DNA of 64,000 bases from Eledone cirrhosa (GCA_964016885.1 OZ024740.1:365242001-365306000), one strand, 5' to 3'. Positions 37,969 through 50,814 are shown, counted from the first letter of the stretch. Notes: generated by a model not told the origin, from the letters alone. Numbers and translations are program-made.

Positions 37969-39355
37969 TCATCATCATTTAACGTCCATCTTCCACGCTT
38001 GCATAGGTTTGGATGGGAGTTTTCCCACTTGAGGCAAGATTGGTTGTCCTTCTCGTATAGGACTGTCTGGCAGGTTTTCTACGGCTGGATGCCTTTCCTA
38101 ACACCAACCACGTTTACAGTGTGGACTGGGAGGTTTTTACCATGTTAACTACACGGCCACATTACAGCGTGGACTGTGTGTTTTTTTGTCGTGACACCTA
38201 CATGACCTCATTTGTTTCGGACTGGATGTTGTGGTACCAACATAACTTCACATTGAAGGAGGTGGTGTGGATGGGCTGGGGGTAGTGGGACAGGGGTGTA
38301 TTTTTGTTAGAGGTGCCTACTGACTGTATGTTTCGCTTTGTACTTAGACAAGGCGGGTCTTCTGTATTACTGTGTAGCGCCAAAGATCTTGGAGAGGTGT
38401 AAGTGTGTGAGGTCGGAATTTATCAAGTCGTCCCAGGTTTTTCTAGGTCTGCCTACTCCGTGGCTACCGTCTATTTTTATCGCCCTGCACTTTTTTATAC
38501 AGCTGTCGTCTTTTATGCGCATCACGTGACTGTACCAATGTAGTCTTCTCTCGAGTAAACAACATCTGATACCTCTTATTCCTAATTTCTCCCTTAGTTC
38601 GTTTATGCTTTGCCGTTCACGTATATTACTATTACACATCCAGCGGAGCATGCAAGCTTCGTTCCTCTCTAGTCTGCGTATATCCTCTGCACACAATGCC
38701 CAGGTCTCACTGCCATGTAACATTGCTGTTCGTATGCAGGCATCATACAACCTGCCTTTCATTTTTAGAGAGAACCCTTTAGTGGTATAAGCTCTCTGAA
38801 CTTTTTCCATCCCCTTCTGACTCTAGCTACTGTACTTTCAGAGCACCCTCCCCCAATGCTGATTTTGTCACCCAGGTAACGGAAGGTGTCCACTATTTCT
38901 ATAGAACCATCTGTGCGATGGAATGAGCTAGTATTCTGTGGGCACTTGCTGCTACTTATTGCACCAGAGTACTGGCCACATATAAAATCTATATTCTTAG
39001 TTAGCTTACCTGTGATCCCACTACATCTTTTATACACCCATACTTTGCATTTGGGACATAAAATGGAGTTTCTGCCTACTCCTCTCCTACACACTGAGCA
39101 TGGCCATTTCCCAGATGGGACCGGTGCCCTATTTTCCTTCCTACAAACTAGAACTTTAGTCTTAGACAAGTTAACTTTAAGGCCTTTTGATTCTAGGCGA
39201 TGCTTCCATGTTTGGAATTTCTTCTCTAGTTCAGCCATTGATTCAGCTATGAGCGTTAGATCATCTGCATATAGGAGTTCCCATGGGCAGCCGGTCTTGA
39301 ACTCCTCTGTTATAGCCTGAAGGGCAATAATAAATAGTAGGGGCCAACTTTTACG
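37969..39355 (-). mobile_element. 5'-truncated RTE-clade LINE (RT C-terminus plus 3' UTR), frameshifted
   Basis: ORFs 38765-39238 and 38367-38810 (GLKVNLSKTKV, C-rich insert, FRYLG, LHGSETW, GRPRKTW). The PWELLYADDL region lies near 39258-39290. (GAT)n tail. Inserted in a TTAA MITE with TTTAAAT on both sides. Confidence 0.92.
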
Positions 39356-39399
39356 CTAAACTTTAAATATCTTCTGCTAAATCATGTTAAGAGTTAATG

Positions 39400-39800
39400 A
39401 ATTCATATCCTTGTAAAAACTAGTGAAAATGCATTTGTGAGGTTAGCTGAATCCCACTGCCTTGTCTGAAGCTAGGTGTAATCTATCTCTGCACAGGTTG
39501 TATGTGGCCATTACGGAAATTAGTTCTTTTCTTACTGAAACTTATCCTATTTCCTACTTACTAAAATTTGATCTTTGCTATGTTTACTCTGAGTCCTTTT
39601 GATTCTGTCTCCACAACAAGAATCTCTTCCACAGATTCAGCTATAAAAACCAGGTCATCAGCATACAAAAGTTCCCATGTACAGCCAATCTTAAACTCCC
39701 CTGCTATGATAATTGGACGTTGATGAACTCCTACCTGCACTTTGATCTCTTCACTAAATTCATTACCTACTTTACTGGCAGCTCCCTCTGTACATGTTTC
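39400..39800 (-). mobile_element. Older RTE RT fragment
   Basis: Minus strand near 39652-39700 reads EFKIGCTWELLYADDL. Confidence 0.65.
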
Positions 39801-41877
39801 TGTCTGATTCTTATTCTCATGTCACTAATAGCTAATTTGAGTTGGGTGATGCATTATTCTCCAGGGAAAAGTCTTACCGTATATACTTGTATATAAGCTG
39901 AAAAATAGGTGGCAAAAAAAATTGATAGAAAAATAGACGGATGGGGGGGGGGGGGGGGGGGCAATTATAGTTTGCCAATTTTCACCCACTTCAATTTCTA
40001 TGTAAATAAGGTGCTAAAATATCTCAAGTGATTATTTTACTATGAAACACTGTTTTTCTACATTTACTACATCCTCATTGGAGTTATTTTTGCATTCCCT
40101 TGAAAATATTTCCAACAAATTTTATAATTTGAACTTTATGTGACTTAATACTTTTTCTTTCAATCTTATGTAAGATTGAAAACCAGTATTTCATTGCTTT
40201 TACTCTCACCCTTTCTTTTTCCTGCTCTGCCGTTCCTTCCTTTCACTTGCACCCCCCCCCCCCCCCCCTCCCTTCCCAAGAAAACAGTTTTAAGAATCCC
40301 TATAAAAAGTTCTCTTAGTCAATCTCTTGCTTTCAAAGTACTCCTAGCATGCAAGTGGTTGGAAGTAAACAAAAATTCGAGAAACTTGTTGAAACTATAA
40401 AACTGATGAAATTGTAAAAAAGCATTATGTAATGCAGTTGTGAAACAAAAACTATATTCTAAATGACATTAAAACATTTTAAACATCAAAATATTGAAAC
40501 TCCATAAATATATTTTATACTCATGAGAATTTCAAAACCACGCCATCTAAATGTAATGTGTTGATTAGCTGCCTCAGCTTATAAATAGGGTTTGGATATT
40601 TGCTCCATTTCTCAGACATAAAATAAGGGGTGGGAGTAGCTTATATTTGGATTGGCTTATGTTTGATTATATACAATAGTATTCATAACCTTCTATCTAT
40701 CCAGTTTTCTGACAAACGTTGATGTCAGCTTGGCTTGCATATTCGTCTAATTAGTAGGTGATCAAGTGGTTTGGCCAGTTTCTTAAAGTTAGTGTTGTAA
40801 ATGGTTAGGTCATATATATTACTGAAGTTTAGGAACCTTGAACCCTCTTCATTTCTTGAGTCCGAGCCCTATCCATAGGCACCTACCATAATAAGGTCTC
40901 TGTCATCTGTTATTGAAGTTGTCTTTCAAAAGTCCTCATAGAAACAGTTTTTCTGGGGGTTTATTTTTACTAAGACCTGATTAATTTACATAAGTGGACA
41001 TAACTTGTCATTGTATCACTTATGGCTATTCTGAGCTTCATAATTCTGTCTTTTACTCTAATTACCTCAATTACAGTGTACCTATTCCAAACTAAATACA
41101 GTAGTAGTAATTTCTGTTGAGTATACAAGATGCTAGGAAATATCAATTGGGATTTGTTTTAATTATGGAGATGACACAGGACTGAGCTAACTGGCAATGT
41201 GCCATAATGCGAAAGACCCATCCACCAGTACAAGCACTGTGACACTAAAAGAAAATGTGGTGAGAGACTGGAGACTAGTGTTTGGCAGTCAAAATTGGAG
41301 ATAATATATATATGGTTGGAGAGGACTCTTTAGTTTGGCCTAATATGTGACAACTTCTCTGGTGCTGGTGTTATGAAAAATGTACCCAGCACACCTAAGG
41401 GGGATAGAAGGGCATCAAACTATATCAAATATGGAAGGTAATGAGCAGGATTGGTTGCTCCAACTCATTTAGTCTCAGACCATGACAACCCATATCAGCA
41501 TAGAAATAAATAAAATGATGATGACGATGATTTTTTTTGTTGCCACTGAAGTGAAAGATAATCTGAGATATATATATATATATATAAACAGTGCTTGTTT
41601 TTATCTGACTTGTCATTCTACATCTAGTTACAAGTTGACATTATTGATCTTGTCTCAGAACACTGAGTTTCCACAATTTTTCCTTTATTTATCCATTTTA
41701 GTATGCCTAAAATTATTACAGCTAAAAACACTAGTTCCTGTCAGATCAATAGGAAAAGGCTGCAGGAAACTTGAAGCCTGACTGCTACTTAAAATGAATG
41801 ATTAGTTTTCTATAATAAAGCCCTACTCCTTCAAATAAAGATGATGATAATAATAATAATATAATTACTGTGATTGG

Positions 41878-41891
41878 ATTGCCATGGCAAC
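41878..41891. promoter_or_regulatory. RFX X-box-like palindrome
   Basis: ATTGCCATGGCAAC matches GTTGCCATGGCAAC at 13/14 positions, in apparently unique sequence. Confidence 0.3.
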
Positions 41892-44879
41892 AAAAACTGG
41901 TTCAGTACAGAATATTGATAAAAATTGTTCTCAACTCGGGTATCATTGAAAGGTTTGTCTAAAGAAGGAAGTTGACTCAGTGAAAGCCCATAGAATTAAA
42001 TGTGTACAGTTTGTGTCTTATGTTACTGTGGTCCAATCTGATCACTGCTGTAGACAGCAAGTGTCGTTTTATAATTAGTGATGAGTGGGGCTATTTTTTA
42101 GTTCAACAGCTCACACTTATATGGGCTTTTATAAGCCTCTTATGAGGTTTCTTCTCATAAGAGGTCATTTAGGTGTTTTAATGATAGGGGGGCCCAGTTC
42201 TATTGCCTCACCATTTATCCTATGACTGAAGGCAGGATTTGAACTCAAGAACAGATACTACAAGACATCCTGCTTAACACTCTAACAATTCTTCCAATCC
42301 ACAATCCTAGAATGGTCCTTTATTTATTGACCTACAAAGGATGGAAAGCAAAATTGACCTTAGTCCAAGTTCAAATTCTCTTTATTGTCAACGTCGTTTT
42401 TTTTTTTATGTTGACATGGGTTGGATGAGACTTTTTAAAGCAGTGTTTTACAATTGGATACCCTTTCTGACACTAAACCTTTTAATGACTTCTCATAACA
42501 ACATAGGGATGAAATAAGGTGTACTTATTCTAAACTAGATATACACCTTATAGGTTATAAATATACGAGCTCTGTCCAGTTGACCTGTCCTAGAGTCACT
42601 ACATGGAGAACCTATTAGCAGCATTGTCCCATATCCTCTCCTCGTCCAACAGATTATACAACATCTATTCTTGTCTTTTTACATAACTCTACTTTTCAGT
42701 CCATGTTGTAGGTTCTTTATTCTGACAGAAATTTTTGAATTTAATCCTTTCTTACTATATTTCTAAAGACACTGCCTATGCTTTAAGAAGTAGTTAAAAA
42801 TCTTGAGGGCTTTAACAACTAATTTTTTCATTATTAAGCTTGTGTTTGGAACATAACTTAACAAAGGTTCATACATAAAATTATAAGGGAAGGTTTTAGA
42901 TAAATATAAACACTTTAAAATATTTTTTCACATTTATATTTATCAAAAATTTAGAAACAGTAAGCATTTACATTACTCTATATATACTATTGTATTTTCG
43001 CAGTAAAGCCTTTATCTCATATAATATCTCACATAATATTGAATCTATGAGATTTTGATATTATTTATTTTGAAAACAATACCTTAACATAAGTATGAGT
43101 GGTTAGTTTCAGCCTGTTTGAACAAAAATAGACGAGAGAATTTTGGCCAGATATGGCCAGTTTAAATGTGTTATCAATCATATTTCAGTAATTTTGGAAG
43201 TATATTTTTTGCCACTGTGGGTAACTGTAGCTATATAATTAGATATATGAAAAATAAACAAAAAATAGATAGATAACTCCATTTGGCTACATAGGAAAAA
43301 AAATAATAAACTGTTGCATGATTCCTAACGTGGCTCACTCAAATAAATAAACATTGTATTAAAGAAAGCAACAATTAGAGTTTTATGAATACTTTCAACA
43401 ATTCAGTACATTCAACCCCCAAATGCCTGTGTTCCAATTGTTAACTTATTTAGCCTTATTAGATATTAGTTGTTGTTTTATCAACCTCTCTACTTCGAAC
43501 ATTTAACTCTTAACATCCCCATAACGAAAGAGCAGAAAATGTCACAGATTGTGGAAATTGGCAGAATTGTAGGAAAGGTTTTGTTCGGTAACATGATACA
43601 GGAAAGAAAGAAAGTTTTCTCCTTGGCATTAGAAAGTTCTTTACTTCCTTTAAAATTAATGTAAACATTTGCACCTTTATATGCAGTTCCGGAAATACAG
43701 TTTCATGTGGAATTGTGTCATACAGGCCATGGTTGTTTAGCTAACCTTTCTTCTGCAGTTCAAATCTTCTTTCTATTTTGTTCTCTCTTCTCTCTCTAGC
43801 TAGCTAAGTTGTTTAAAATAACTCACATTAAGATACATGAAATATATAAACTTAACAGCCCATTGTGTTGGAGCCCTAGTGACTTCACTTATTTGTAGAA
43901 TACTAGCAAAATATTTTTGGTCCATAGGGATCATTAAGGGCCCAAATTACTTGTTAGTGTTTAAATATTTAAGGATTCCCCACCCATAATGACTGCTTCA
44001 GTTATTTAAAATTCTGTGTTAGGAAATAGAATCTTATGAAATAAACAGCTCTCCATCACATAGACGTAGAAATATCACCATCATAATGAGTATTTGTCTA
44101 AATTTACTATGACTCAACAATGTATTTGTGAAGAGATAACCATTTAGTATAGAGATAAGTTTATTTCCATTGAGAATAGTAATATCCTTGCAGTAGAATG
44201 GGTAACCCTTTTGTTATATCTTTAATGAAAGATTTGAAAATATAGAATTTGGAGGGATTTGGCCTGGACAGTATTGTTTTACACACATATATATATAGAT
44301 CTCTCTCTCTCTATATATATATATATATAACATTAATTGGTATATATATATATTAAAATAACAGATTAAAGTTTAAGCAAAGACTCGCTGCTTTCACCCT
44401 TAACGGGATCTTCTGAAACTAAAAAAGTCTATCTGTGAACGCAGAAGTAAATATTTCAAAAAACGTTGCGACTGAAGGAAGACAGGAAGACGATACTTTG
44501 GTTCGTGGAAACGTTCCCTGGCAAAGAACGGAAAAAAACGAAGATAATACGTCATTATTTTAAATAAACGTATATAAATATACACACATAAATACGTATA
44601 CAACACACGCACACACACACACACATGTAAATACACATATGTTCGCGGACGTACATCAACCAAGACACAAAGTACACATATACACACCCTACATACGTAC
44701 GAACCCGCATACTCACACAGACGCAAACTCACGTATACACATAACCAAATGCACATGTACCAGTATATATAATATATACGCCAATAATATATACTTACCT
44801 ATGCGAATAAGTAATGGTATAAACATAACATATACTTAGCTACCACATCAAGACGTAAAATATCCGCGTATAGATCGTA

Positions 44880-45238
44880 CTATCCGTTAGGGTATAATGT
44901 GGGGCTGTAATACAGGAAAGTTTTGTGCAATTTATGTTTACAAGCCGAAATTGCCTCAGATTTTTTGTTTAAGATGTGGTCTTTGGCGTAGAGTATTTCC
45001 AGGGCCTCAGCGGCGCAGAGGTCACATGGTCTTTTATTTCCGTTATACGATCTAGCCTTAGCTAGGATCTGCCAGTGTAACTTATATTGAATGTGGTTGT
45101 CTTTTAGACTCCAGATATAAGCTGAAAGTGACGTCATATTCCTTCTTAAAGAGTTAAGAAAAGAATGGGTATGCATGTAAAGACGCTGCTTGAATCTATC
45201 GGCGGTTAACTCTATGTAGGCCCTACGGGACGTGGGTG
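44880..45238 (-). pseudogene. C-terminal GIY-YIG endonuclease fragment of the PLE ORF
   Basis: Reads AYIELTADRFKQRLYMH..SLSAYIWSLK..W..CDLCAAE..LNKKSE..CKH. The YIG motif reads YIE, the conserved R, E and N are recognisable, and GIY is lost to truncation. Confidence 0.82.
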
Positions 45239-45712
45239 TTGATGTGGTAGCTAAGTATATGATATATTAATACCATTACTTATTCGCATAGGTAAGTATA
45301 TATTACCTGTATGTTTTGTGAAGGTACGTATATTTGCTTGTATATGTTATTGGTATATTATATATACTGGTACATTTGCATTTGGTTATGTGTATACATG
45401 AGTTTGCGTCTGTGTGAGTATGCGGGTTTGTACGTATGTACGGTGTGTGTATATGTGTACTTTGTGTTTTGGTGGTTGATGTACGTCCGCGAACATGTGT
45501 ATTTACATGTGGGTGTGTGCGTGCGCGCGTTCTATACGTATTTATGTGTGTATATTTATATACGTTTATTTAAAATAATGACGTATTATCTTTGTTTTTT
45601 TCCGTTCTTTGCCAGGAAACGTTTCCACGAACCAAAGTATCGTCTTCCTGCCTTCCTTCGGTTGCAACGTTTTTTTAAATATTTACTTCTGCGTTCACAG
45701 ATAGACTTTTTT

Positions 45713-45763
45713 AGTTTCAGAAGATCCCGTTAAGGGTGAAAGCAGCGAGTCTTTGCTTAAACT
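45713..45763 (+). ncRNA. Variant type I hammerhead-like motif in the PLE pLTR (mirror copy at 44370-44420, minus strand)
   Basis: Stem I AGTTT/AAACT, core CAGAAGA, stem II CCC-GTTAA-GGG closed by T.T, GAA, stem III AGCA/TGCT, CUU site. Confidence 0.55.
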
Positions 45764-45877
45764 TTAATCTGTTATTTTAATAAATATTTTCTCTACAGTT
45801 CTTATATATCTGATATATATTTATCCTTATCGAGCCCTCTTTGGATTTTAGTCTTCAAATTTATTATTATTACTATA

Positions 45878-46215
45878 TCATCATCATCATCATCATTTTA
45901 CGTCCGCTTTTCCCTGCTTGCAAGGGTGGGACGGGAACTGATTTTGGCTTGATTTCTACAGCTGGATGCCCTTCATAACACCAACCTCATTTACAATGAG
46001 TGTTGGGTGCTTTTTTGCCGTGGCACCTCCACGACCACTTTACAGTGGAATGATAGGGACCCCAGTCCCTATCATCTTATTTCTACAGCTGAGTAAACTG
46101 GAGCAATGTGAAATAAAGTGTCTTGCTCAAGGAAAGAACGCATCACCCGGTCCGAGAATTGAACTCACAATCTTTCGATTGCAAGCCCAATGCTCTAACC
46201 ACTAAGCCATGTGCC

Positions 46216-46216
<1 letters not shown>
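45878..46216 (-). mobile_element. tRNA-derived CORE-type SINE
   Basis: Same family. Confidence 0.9.
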
Positions 46217-46257
<41 letters not shown>

Positions 46258-46283
46258 ACATTAATTGGTGTGTGTGTATATAT

Positions 46284-46605
46284 ATTGGCCTTGCAATTGA
46301 AAGGGTGTGAGTTCAATTCTCAGACCGGGTGATGTGTTGTTTCCTTGAGCAAGACACTTTATTTCACATTGCTCCAGTTTACTCAGCTGTAGAAATGAGA
46401 TGATAGGGACTGGGGTCCCTATCATTCCTCTGCAAAGTGGTCGTCGAGGTGCCACGGCTAAAAAGCACCCAGCACTCGCTGTAAATGAGGTTGGTGTTAG
46501 GAAGGGCATCCAGCTGTAGAAATCAAGCCAGCATCAGTTCCCGTCCCACCCTTGCAAGCAGGGAAAAGCGGACGTAAAATGAAATGATGAAATGAAATGA
46601 TGATG
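46284..46605 (+). mobile_element. tRNA-derived CORE-type SINE, 5'-truncated, abutting an RTE
   Basis: Same family, inverted relative to 45878-46216. Confidence 0.9.
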
Positions 46606-46606
46606 T

Positions 46607-47581
46607 AACAGCTGTGCCGGGGCAGCAAACAGCCACAGGAAACAAGTGCCACCAAACTCTGGGAGGGCTCTGTAGAAACAGTAGACAGCTTCTGCTACCT
46701 TGGTGACCGAATTAGCAGCGGAGGTGGGTGTTCGGAAAGTACAATTACTAGGGTAAGAACGGGATGGAAGAAGTTCAGGGAGCTACTGCCACTGCTAGCT
46801 GCAAAAGGCTTTTCCCTCAAAATGAAAGGCAGACTGTATGATGTGTGTATACGAACAGCAATGTTACATGGTAGTGAGACCTGGGCGCTGTCTGTGGAAG
46901 ACTTGCGTAGATTAGAAAGAAACGAAGCCTGCATGCTCCGATGGATGTGTAATAGTAATATACGCGAACGGAAAAGCATAAATGAATTGAGAGAGAGACT
47001 GAGCATAAGAGGAATCAAATGCTGTGTGCAGGAGAGGCGGTTGCGTTGGTATGGACATGTGATGTGTATGAAGGATCACAGCTACATAAAAAGGTGCAGA
47101 GCACTAGAAGTCGATGGAAACCGCGGAGTGGGGAGATCCAAGAAGACCTGGGATGAGGTGGTAAAAGCTGACCTTACCCACCCAATTACACCTCTCAAAG
47201 GCGATAACACACGACCGTGACCTCTGGCGTCACGCAGTAATACATAAGATCCCCCCCCCCCCTGGGTACAAACTGAAGCTGAAGCATATAGATATGCCCC
47301 CACACCCTCCCACTGCAAAGTGGTCATGGAGGTGCCACGGCAAAAAAGCACCCAGCCCACACTGTAAAGTGGATGTGTAGGCGCCACGGAAAAAAAAGCA
47401 CCCAGCACTCACTGTAAATGAGGTTGGTGTTAGGAAGGGCATCCAGCTGTAGAAATCAAGCCAGAATCAGTTCCCGTTTGAGCAAGACAAGGTCAGCCGA
47501 CCGGACACTGCCCACAACAGGACAACCCGTCTAACCCATGCTAGCATGGAAGAATGGACGTAAAGCGGTGATGATGATGAT
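46607..47581 (+). mobile_element. 5'-truncated RTE LINE with complete 3' UTR
   Basis: FCYLGD..LHGSETW..LRWYGHV..KKTW (ORF 46822-47220). The 3' UTR ends GGACGTAAAGCGGTGATGATGAT. Confidence 0.92.
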
Positions 47582-48990
47582 ATATATATATATATACCAA
47601 TTAATGTTATTTGCTTATATTTAAAAGAATGTCTAGTTATAACTAGAAACATGGCAACTTTTTGTTTTTGAACTTGTTCAAAACCATACACAATGTAAGC
47701 TCCATTCTATAATAATTTCACCCCTTCTCTCTCTCTCTCTCTCTCTCTCTCCTTGATATACTATAAAAGAAATAATCCAACTAGTGCTTTTTTATTTTTA
47801 TTTTTTTGTCTCTAAATTATGGTAAATTTTTATCAAACAATGGCATCGATTAGGTACTCACTTTGTCTGTGAAAACCCGTCCAACACTTGCTAGCAGAAA
47901 AACAGATGTTAAATGATGATGATGATGATGATGATAGGTTTTTTTTTTTTTTGTGGTTTTTCTTTTTTAAATTCTTGCCAGCTCTAATTGAATTCTGTTT
48001 CTGTTAGCAATGATTTATCAGTTTTAAAAACCACACTTCTTACTTTACTATTGATTTCAAATATCCTTTACTTAGTTATTTTTTATGTAATACATACATC
48101 ATCTGAATCTGTTAATGTCCACCTTTAATCTATTTTTGCTTTGTTTTGTTTATTTTAATTATTTTTATACTTTGTCTACAGAATGTTTCTGATTGATTAG
48201 TCCCCACCCCTTTGCTCGTCGTATTGATGATATTTTTATATCAAGTTATCTCCCATCTTGATCCAATTAATGTATGGTGTCATTCTCTTAAAACTACTAA
48301 CTACATTTCTCTCTGGTCTTTCTCACTGTTATGTCCTGCTTCCTAGAAAGTTAGAAACAGAAACATTGTAATAACACATCTTTATTATTTTTATTATTAT
48401 TTTATGTTCTGAGTTCAAATCCTGCCATGGTTAGCTTTGCCTTACATCCTTGTGGAGTCAATGAAGTTAAGTACCAGTAATGCACTCCCCAAATTGCTGG
48501 CCTTGTGCCTAAATAAGAAACCATTATTATTATTTTTATTATCCCTAGAGCATCATACAAAATGCTAAGCAGCATACAACCTTTTACATTCTGAGTTCAA
48601 ATCCTGTCATGGTTAGCTTTGCCTTTCTTCCTTACGTGATCTTTAAAAAATAGTATCGGTAACACACACTGGGGGTAAATTAATAGACTTCCCCTCCCCC
48701 CAAATTGTTGGCCTTGTGCCTAAATCAGAAACCATCATTATTATCGACTTGTTGCATTCTAAATTTGAACCCCACCAAGGCGAACTTTACCTTTCACCCC
48801 TCAAAGATTAATAAAGTAAAATACCAGTCAAATACTGGTGTCAATTTAATCAACTTTCCCCTCCAACAAAATTGCTAAGCATGTGATTTAGGCACAAGGT
48901 CAACAATTTTGGAGGGAGGAGGAAGTCAATTATATCAACCCCAGTGTTTAACTGGTTCTTTATTTTATTAACCTTGGAAGGTGAATAAAT

Positions 48991-49180
48991 AATTGTTTCT
49001 ACTTTTGGCACAAGGCCAGCAATTACCCAGTGTATTACTGGTACTTTATTTTATCGGCCCCATAAGGATGAAAGGCAAAGTTAACCTCGGCGGGATTTGA
49101 ACTCAGAATGGCAAGGGCCGTAACTCTATGTGTCAAAGCATAGCATCCGACCCTCTGCCAATACTGCCAATCCACCGCCC
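48991..49180 (-). mobile_element. Nin/Deu-like SINE, full length
   Basis: TSD AAGGTGAATAAATAAT. Confidence 0.9.
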
Positions 49181-49325
49181 TTAAGGTGAATAAATAATAC
49201 CACTGTAACTTCATCAAACACTTTAAATTTGAACTTTCTTGTCACCTTATAGTTAAATTAGTATCAAATTTATCTGAAGTTTTCATGGAGTTGTACTTGT
49301 CTAGTAAGTGATTTGATCTGATACC

Positions 49326-49650
49326 ATGTGTTGAAGTTGATATAATTGTATCCATGGAAGTCATTTTGATCATTCAAAAACACTCAAAAGCAGTTAAATT
49401 CACTTTGTATATACCATTTATTTCTTGATGTCAATTTTTGTCAAACTGTTTGTGATCTGGTCACTGACACTGTGGCATTGGAACTGTGTCAGTGATCAGG
49501 CCACAAACAGTGTGACAAAAATTTTTATACCAAGAAATGATGAATGGGAAATAAATATTTGTTTTTAATGGCTAAAATGATTCTTCCGTGATGTAATTTA
49601 GTCTTGTAAATATTCATGTTAAGGATGTAAAATCTTGACTTCAACATTGA
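49326..49650. repeat. Old ~320-bp fold-back (palindromic MITE-like) element
   Basis: TTTTTGTCAAACTGTTTGTG..TCACTGACAC / GTGTCAGTGA..CACAAACAGTGTGACAAAAA, with weaker outer arms. Confidence 0.6.
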
Positions 49651-50814
49651 ATGTTTTCACTGTGTGTGTGGTGGGGTTATTTCTCGTGGGCCAAATGTAT
49701 GCGCATAAACATGATGAGCTGTTGGAATATCTTGTTGGTATTTTATTTTTTTAACTTTTATTTTGTCTGCTAGAATTTGGGGAAACCTGTATTAATTAAA
49801 TGCTCTTTTTCTCTGCCTAGCAACTCCCACCTTTCAACATTGCTGTCAAAACATTTGGCAATATAATGAAATGTAACAATAATTACAGGTACAAGATGCA
49901 AAATCTTTCTGAATGCATGTGTTTCAAAATTTCAAAAGGAAGCAAGTTCATAGCTGTCAGCTCTCCCAAAATTAACATTAAAAGCAACAACATGTTGAAA
50001 TTCAGTTTCTACCAAGCTAGTTTAGTTACTTTTCGTTTATTTCTTTAAATACTACCTCTTAATAACTTTCATGATTTCTGTTCGTTTTATATTTAATTAT
50101 TTTTTAGATTAAAGAGCATTACTTGCTTAACTCCACCACTGTTGTATCTGCCCCACCCTTCTTAAAAACATTACTGAAGCTATTTCACACACACACACAA
50201 ATTCTTCTCTCTCATCATTTTTTGACATTGGTAGAAATGAAATTATATTTTTTCCTCTTCTCATTTTTAAAAATCATACTCAACATTGAAATCAAGAACA
50301 AAATTACCAAATCTGAAATTTTAATTCCACTTGAAAAAAATAAAAAAAAATTTCCCTCCTATTCTCAATAGTAAAATTTCTGAGATTGTGAAATAAACTT
50401 AAAGCTTGATGGAAAACACATGTCAAATTTAAATAACTTTAAAACTTTTTTGTTTGTTTCTTTATTCTTTTGTTGTTGTTTTTGTTTTTTGTTTTTCCTT
50501 TCATATTATATATATTGTGTGAGTGTGTGTGTTGGACCTCCTTTGGTTCTGATGACGAGTGTTCTATTTGATTCAATCAATAGAACAGCCTCCTCATGAA
50601 ATTAATCTGCGAGTGGCTGAGCATTCCATAGACACATGTACCCTCTACATAGTTTTCAGGGAGATTCGGTATAACTCAGGGTGTGACAAGACTAGCCCTT
50701 TAAATTGCATTTCCAACTCATTGCTAGGCTGGGTGGACTGGAGAATCATGAAATAAAGTCGCTCAAGGGCACAATGCATTGCCAGGAATCAAGCTCAAAC
50801 TTACAAACCACTAA

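Larger units (their letters stand above)
44351..45860 (-). mobile_element. Penelope-like retroelement, 5'-truncated, with inverted pseudo-LTRs
   Basis: Arms 44351-44851 and 45239-45783 are reverse complements apart from scattered substitutions and small indels. They flank a GIY-YIG endonuclease fragment. There is an unpaired tail at 45784-45860, and the left end sits in (TA)n. Confidence 0.88.

Noticed and set aside
44400-45733. Paired 118-aa and 140-aa ORFs with similar translations
   Set aside because: Spurious frames in the two arms of the inverted pLTR, made of low-complexity TG/TA sequence.
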